NCBI GenBank assembly: GCA_018607365.1
Contig: JABBBT010000057.1
Span: 29,122-93,121, forward strand
Direction: 5' to 3'
Length of the DNA stretch: 64,000 nt
DNA from: SAR86 cluster bacterium
GTDB lineage: Bacteria; Pseudomonadota; Gammaproteobacteria; Magnimaribacterales; D2472
The notes under the pieces were generated by a model. The model saw only the letters and a program-made list of their open reading frames with translations, searched no databases and had not been told where the DNA came from. Made by a program: the position numbers and the translations under genes. This document shows positions 60,345-64,000 of this stretch, in pieces; within the stretch, counting starts at the first letter, position 1; every line of letters starts with the position of its first letter.

Positions 60345-61237
60345 TATATTTTTTTAAAAACTCTCATAATTGCACTTCTTGAGCGCTTATTTAAAGCAAC
60401 CTCCTCTTCTGTGGGCCTAATTTTTTTGGCGATGCATTTAAAGTCTTTTTCTTCTATTGTGTTTAAAGGAATATCTTTAGGGAAATTCATTACACTTGGC
60501 TTAAAAAATTCTTTCACTATATTATCTTCCAGAGAATGGAAAGAAATTACAACAATGATACCGTTTTTGACAAGAATATTGCTAGCTTGTTCCAGGGACT
60601 CTTTGAGTTCACCTAACTCATTATTGATATGTATTCTGAAGGCTTGGAAGGATTTGGTAGCTGGATGGATTTTTTTTCTTTTTTCTGGATATATATCTTC
60701 AATAATATTTGCTAGCTGAATAGTGGATTTAATTTCATTTTTTGATCTATGATCTAAAATTGAGCTTGAAATGATTTTTGCATGTTTTTCATCTCCATAT
60801 TTATATAAAATATCCATAATTTCTTTTTGAGTTGCTTTTTTAAGCCATGCTGATAACGGGATACCCTTCGTGACATTAAATCTCATATCTAAAGGACCAT
60901 CATGGAGGAAACTAAAACCTCTGTTGCCTTCATCAAAATGAGTGGAGCAAGTACCTAAATCGTATAGAATTCCATCAACAGTTTCCTTATCAAAAGTATT
61001 TTCTAATTTATTGAATGAGTTATGGATTGCATTAAAATTTTTATTTTTAATGAGTGCTGCATGGTTAAATGCATCTAAATCTTTATCGAATGATGTTAGT
61101 TCAGCATCGGCATCTATTCTATTTAAAATAGATTGAGTGTGGCCGCCTCTTCCATATGTACAGTCTACATATTTACCATTTTTTTTGTGGATGAGAAAAT
61201 CTAAAGACTCTTCCAGTAATACTGGAAAATGAAGCAT
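60344..61237 (-). CDS. rsmH: 16S rRNA m4C1402 methyltransferase RsmH (MraW)
   Basis: HFPVLLEE and DCTYGRGGH motifs, 297 aa. Confidence 0.95.
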   Translation of the reverse strand: MLHFPVLLEESLDFLIHKKNGKYVDCTYGRGGHTQSILNRIDADAELTSFDKDLDAFNHAALIKNKNFNAIHNSFNKLENTFDKETVDGILYDLGTCSTHFDEGNRGFSFLHDGPLDMRFNVTKGIPLSAWLKKATQKEIMDILYKYGDEKHAKIISSSILDHRSKNEIKSTIQLANIIEDIYPEKRKKIHPATKSFQAFRIHINNELGELKESLEQASNILVKNGIIVVISFHSLEDNIVKEFFKPSVMNFPKDIPLNTIEEKDFKCIAKKIRPTEEEVALNKRSRSAIMRVFKKI

Positions 61238-61238
61238 A

Positions 61239-62351
61239 TCAATCTACTTGTTTTCGCATAAAAGTTGGCACATCAAGGAAATCAATTTCCGCTGCAGACG
61301 ATGTGCCCCCTTTTTGATCTATGTCATCTCTTCTTAACCCTACTGGATTTAATTGAATTGATGGTTGGTTATCTATTACTAATGTAGGAGCTCTCTGATC
61401 TACACCTGTTGCGACTATTGTTACTAATAAATCATCATCAACGGTTTCATCATAAACTAGACCATAAATAATATTTGCTTCTTCATGTATTATTTCTTCG
61501 ACAATATCTGCTACTTCCGTTTGGTCTCCAAGAGTTGGTTTTGCAGCAGTAATATTTACGAGAACACCTCTTGCATTCTTAAGGTTGATATCCTCAAGTA
61601 ACTCGCTTTTAACAGCTTGGGTTGCCGCTGCTTCTGCTCTGTTTTTTCCACTTGCTCTTCCTGTTCCCATCATAGCGATGCCTTTTTCCGACATAACAGT
61701 TTTAACATCTGCAAAGTCAACATTGATGTGACCTTTTTTCATAATAATGTCTGATATTCCTTGAACTGCGCCTTTTAAAACATCATCTGCTTTTGCAAAA
61801 GCATCTTGCATAGGAGTATCTTCTCCAAGAATTTCATAAAGTTTTTGATTTGGAATTGTGACAAGACTATCAACTTCCTCTACCAATGAGGCCAGACCCT
61901 TCTCAGCTGCAGACATTCTTCTTTTACCTTCAAACTTAAATGGTTTTGTGACCACTGCTACTGTAAGTGCACCCAATTCTTTGGCAATAGATGCTACTAC
62001 TGGGGCAGCTCCTGTTCCAGTACCGCCTCCCATTCCTGCTGTTATAAATACCATATCTGCTCCAACTAAGAGCTCTTCTATTGCAAGTCTGTCACTTTCC
62101 GCTGCTTTTCTGCCAACATCAGGATTAGCACCAGCACCAAGGCCTTTTGTTAATCCATTACCTAATTTTAATGTAATTGCACCATTTGCCTCTGATAATG
62201 CTTGAGTGTCCGTATTTGCACAAATAAAATCAACACCTTCGATATTATGATTAATCATATGAATGACTGCATTTCCACCAGCACCACCTACACCTACAAC
62301 TTTTATTTTTGCGTTTTCTACTGCCTGGCCTATTACTTCAAAATTCATCAT
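61239..62351 (-). CDS. ftsZ: cell division GTPase FtsZ (in a non-canonical position)
   Basis: 370 aa; GVGGAGGNAV, the tubulin signature GGGTGTGAAP, and the conserved C-terminal peptide DFLDVPTFMRKQ. AGGGGA Shine-Dalgarno; 10 nt after the mraZ stop and 1 nt before the rsmH start. Confidence 0.96.
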   Translation of the reverse strand: MMNFEVIGQAVENAKIKVVGVGGAGGNAVIHMINHNIEGVDFICANTDTQALSEANGAITLKLGNGLTKGLGAGANPDVGRKAAESDRLAIEELLVGADMVFITAGMGGGTGTGAAPVVASIAKELGALTVAVVTKPFKFEGKRRMSAAEKGLASLVEEVDSLVTIPNQKLYEILGEDTPMQDAFAKADDVLKGAVQGISDIIMKKGHINVDFADVKTVMSEKGIAMMGTGRASGKNRAEAAATQAVKSELLEDINLKNARGVLVNITAAKPTLGDQTEVADIVEEIIHEEANIIYGLVYDETVDDDLLVTIVATGVDQRAPTLVIDNQPSIQLNPVGLRRDDIDQKGGTSSAAEIDFLDVPTFMRKQVD

Positions 62352-62361
62352 TTATCCCCTA

Positions 62362-62829
62362 TTAAAATGACATTGATTTAACACTTTCTGGAAGAACTAC
62401 ATCTAGAATTTCTGTAGACAAAGATCCACCCATTTGTCTCATTTCCCAATTATTTATGTTCCAGACTTCAAATTTTTCGCCCATGCCAACCAAAGAAATC
62501 TGTTTTTGATCATTTATATCAGCATACTTTCTTAACTCTGCCGGAATTAATACAAGCATTCTTCCTTCAACATCTAGGTCTATAACATGTGCATTACCTA
62601 ATATAGTCCATTGGAGGCTTCTAACTATAGGATCTAACCCCTGCAATGACTGAAGTTTATTGGAAATTTCATTCCATTCTGATTCGGGATAAATTTTTAA
62701 AGATGGGTATTGTGGATCTTTAGTTACAACAATTTTTGTTTCATTTTTTTCTAATAAATTAGAGCGATATTTAGCTGGGATAGCCAACCTACCTTTAGAA
62801 TCTAATGAAACTGTATTAAAACCATACAT
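62362..62829 (-). CDS. mraZ: transcriptional regulator MraZ
   Basis: 155 aa from ATG 62829 (MYGFNTVSLDSKGRLAIPAKYR) with two DxxxR motifs (DSKGR, DVEGR). The track's longer ORF from 62877 would translate the operator repeats. Confidence 0.9.
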   Translation of the reverse strand: MYGFNTVSLDSKGRLAIPAKYRSNLLEKNETKIVVTKDPQYPSLKIYPESEWNEISNKLQSLQGLDPIVRSLQWTILGNAHVIDLDVEGRMLVLIPAELRKYADINDQKQISLVGMGEKFEVWNINNWEMRQMGGSLSTEILDVVLPESVKSMSF

Positions 62830-62877
62830 GGTCAAAATATATAGACTTTTTACACACTTTGCAACACATTTACACAC
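62830..62877 (-). promoter_or_regulatory. Pmra-like promoter overlapped by three MraZ-type direct repeats
   Basis: On the minus strand, GTGTG (62877..62873), GTGTT (62867..62863) and GTGTG (62857..62853) sit at an exact 10-bp period (5-nt box plus 5-nt spacer). TTGCAA (62864..62859), 17 nt, then TATATT (62841..62836), which ends 6 nt before the mraZ ATG. Confidence 0.6.
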
Positions 62878-62912
62878 TTTTTCTCACGCATGATATGTAA
62901 CAGAAAAAATAT

Positions 62913-63241
62913 GAGTTGGTCTATAAGCCGGATTCTGTAAATGATGATCATCTATCTAGATATTATGTTGCCATAATATTCATGCAACCTACCCAAATCC
63001 TAAGCGAGCAGCTTAATTGGATTTCTATTTGGTCTTGCTTCGGACTGGGGTTTACAATGCCTTACTTGTCTCCAACTAAGCGGTAGGCTCTTACCCCACC
63101 ATTTCACCCTTACCAATTAAAATTGGCGGTATACTTTCTGTTGCACTTTCCGTAGGCTCGCGCCTCCCAGGTGTTACCTGGCGTCCTGCTCTATGAAGTC
63201 CGGACTTTCCTCTAGTAAACTAGCGATCACCCAACCAACTC
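62913..63241 (-). ncRNA. rnpB: RNase P RNA (bacterial type A), compact ~329 nt
   Basis: The reverse complement contains GAGGAAAGTCCGGAC (CR-I), GTGCAACAGAAAG, GGTAAGGGTGAAATGGTGGGGTAAGAGC and ACAGAATCCGGCTTAT (CR-V). P1 pairs 5' GAGTTGGT with 3' ACCAACTC. Lies between mraZ and rsmI as in Pseudomonas. Confidence 0.92.
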
Positions 63242-63257
63242 ACTTTATTATAGTTTG

Positions 63258-64000
63258 TTAATCAAGTAGTTGCTTGTAAATATCTCTTTTATTTTCTTTT
63301 GACAAAAGTGAGATCAATTTTGCTGCATCTTTTGCAGGCAAAAACCTTAAAAAAGAATCCTTTACTTTTTTATCAAGAATAAAACTTGGCTTATCTGTTA
63401 CAGAACTTTCGATAACAATTACAAATTCACCTTTAAGGACCACTAAGCCATCCTTCACTCTTAACGATACTTCCTCTATAGTTCCTCTCTCAATTGTTTC
63501 ATGAATCTTTGTCATCTCTCTGCATAATGCAATTTTTTTAGTTAATGAATACTCCTCTTTTAAAACATTTAAAGTATCTTCGATTCTTTTTGCAGACTCA
63601 AAAAGAATAATTGTATTTTTTTCATGCCTTAAAAAACTAATGAACTCTTTTTTTTGACTTTTTTTTCTTGGGACAAAACCAAGAAAAGAAAAGCTAGAGG
63701 TTGATAGCCCAGACATTACTAAGGCACTAATCACCGATGATGGTCCTGGCACTAGAGAGAATATAATATCTTCTTTTATGCATTGCTGAATAAGATAATA
63801 CCCTGGGTCTGATACTGAAGGAGTTCCAGCATCTGAAACTAATACAATTTCATTCTGTTTATTTAGTAACTCTATAATATCGTGACTTACAGTTTCTTCG
63901 TTATGCTCATGAAGAGTTCTGCATTTCTTATCAATCTTTAGAAAATGAAGGAGTTTATTAGTTACTCTAGTATCTTCTGCATAGATATAATCTGCTTTTT
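63258..64000 (-). CDS. rsmI: 16S rRNA 2'-O-methyl-C1402 methyltransferase RsmI, C-terminal ~247 aa (5' end beyond the window end)
   Basis: The track ORF (63258..63752) continues in frame upstream to the window edge: ...ADYIYAEDTRVTNKLLHFL...VSDAGTPSVSDPGYYL...LVPGPSSVISAL. Confidence 0.88.
   Translation of the reverse strand, partial: KADYIYAEDTRVTNKLLHFLKIDKKCRTLHEHNEETVSHDIIELLNKQNEIVLVSDAGTPSVSDPGYYLIQQCIKEDIIFSLVPGPSSVISALVMSGLSTSSFSFLGFVPRKKSQKKEFISFLRHEKNTIILFESAKRIEDTLNVLKEEYSLTKKIALCREMTKIHETIERGTIEEVSLRVKDGLVVLKGEFVIVIESSVTDKPSFILDKKVKDSFLRFLPAKDAAKLISLLSKENKRDIYKQLLD

Noticed and set aside
62830-62877. The track's 171-aa mraZ ORF has the N-terminal extension MCKCVAKCVKSLYILT.
   Set aside because: The odd CK/CV repeat is simply the translation of the 10-bp-phased MraZ operator repeats. 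Conserved MraZ begins at MYGFNTVSLDSKGR (ATG 62829).
60344-64000. The two methyltransferases that both modify 16S rRNA C1402 (rsmH and rsmI) are clustered around rnpB.
   Set aside because: The same rsmI-rnpB-mraZ-rsmH neighbourhood exists in Pseudomonas, so this is conserved synteny rather than a new association.

Overview
This AT-rich window is packed with core chromosomal genes. By my tally only about 1.6 kb of 64 kb is not protein-coding, and that includes two RNA genes. Nearly all genes lie on the minus strand. Gene order follows Pseudomonas/E. coli synteny blocks, so this is most likely a streamlined gammaproteobacterium; a marine oligotroph such as SAR86 is only a guess.

Blocks from left to right:
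- sucA (partial) and sdhBADC
- der-bamB-yfgM-hisS-ispG-rodZ-rlmN-ndk
- iscX-fdx-iscA-iscU-iscS-iscR
- purC-bamC-dapA
- bcp, perM, bepA-like protease, a transporter, tRNA-Lys
- cpoB-pal-tolBARQ-ybgC, a small nuclease, yebC-aspS
- proS, an SPFH pair, a thiolase
- recA, fdxA, DUF368, pcm-surE-ispDF-ftsB-eno-kdsA-pyrG
- alr-dnaB-rplI-rpsR-rpsF
- a complete dcw cluster, RNase P RNA, and rsmI (partial)

I found no mobile elements, CRISPR arrays, defence islands or biosynthetic clusters, and no clear novel multi-gene system. The interesting signals are departures from the conserved layout:
1. An Hjc-like PD-(D/E)XK nuclease sits exactly where ruvCAB normally lie.
2. ftsZ has moved from the distal end of the dcw operon to between mraZ and rsmH, just downstream of a three-box MraZ operator.
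3. The isc operon lacks hscBA.
4. nlpD-rpoS, mutS, recX and truD are absent from their conserved slots.
5. Several proteins are minimised or fused: ProRS without the INS editing domain, a 343-aa MurD, a short TolA, a fused IspDF, and a RecA without the acidic C-terminal tail.

All homology calls come from reading motifs and synteny by eye; no database search was possible.
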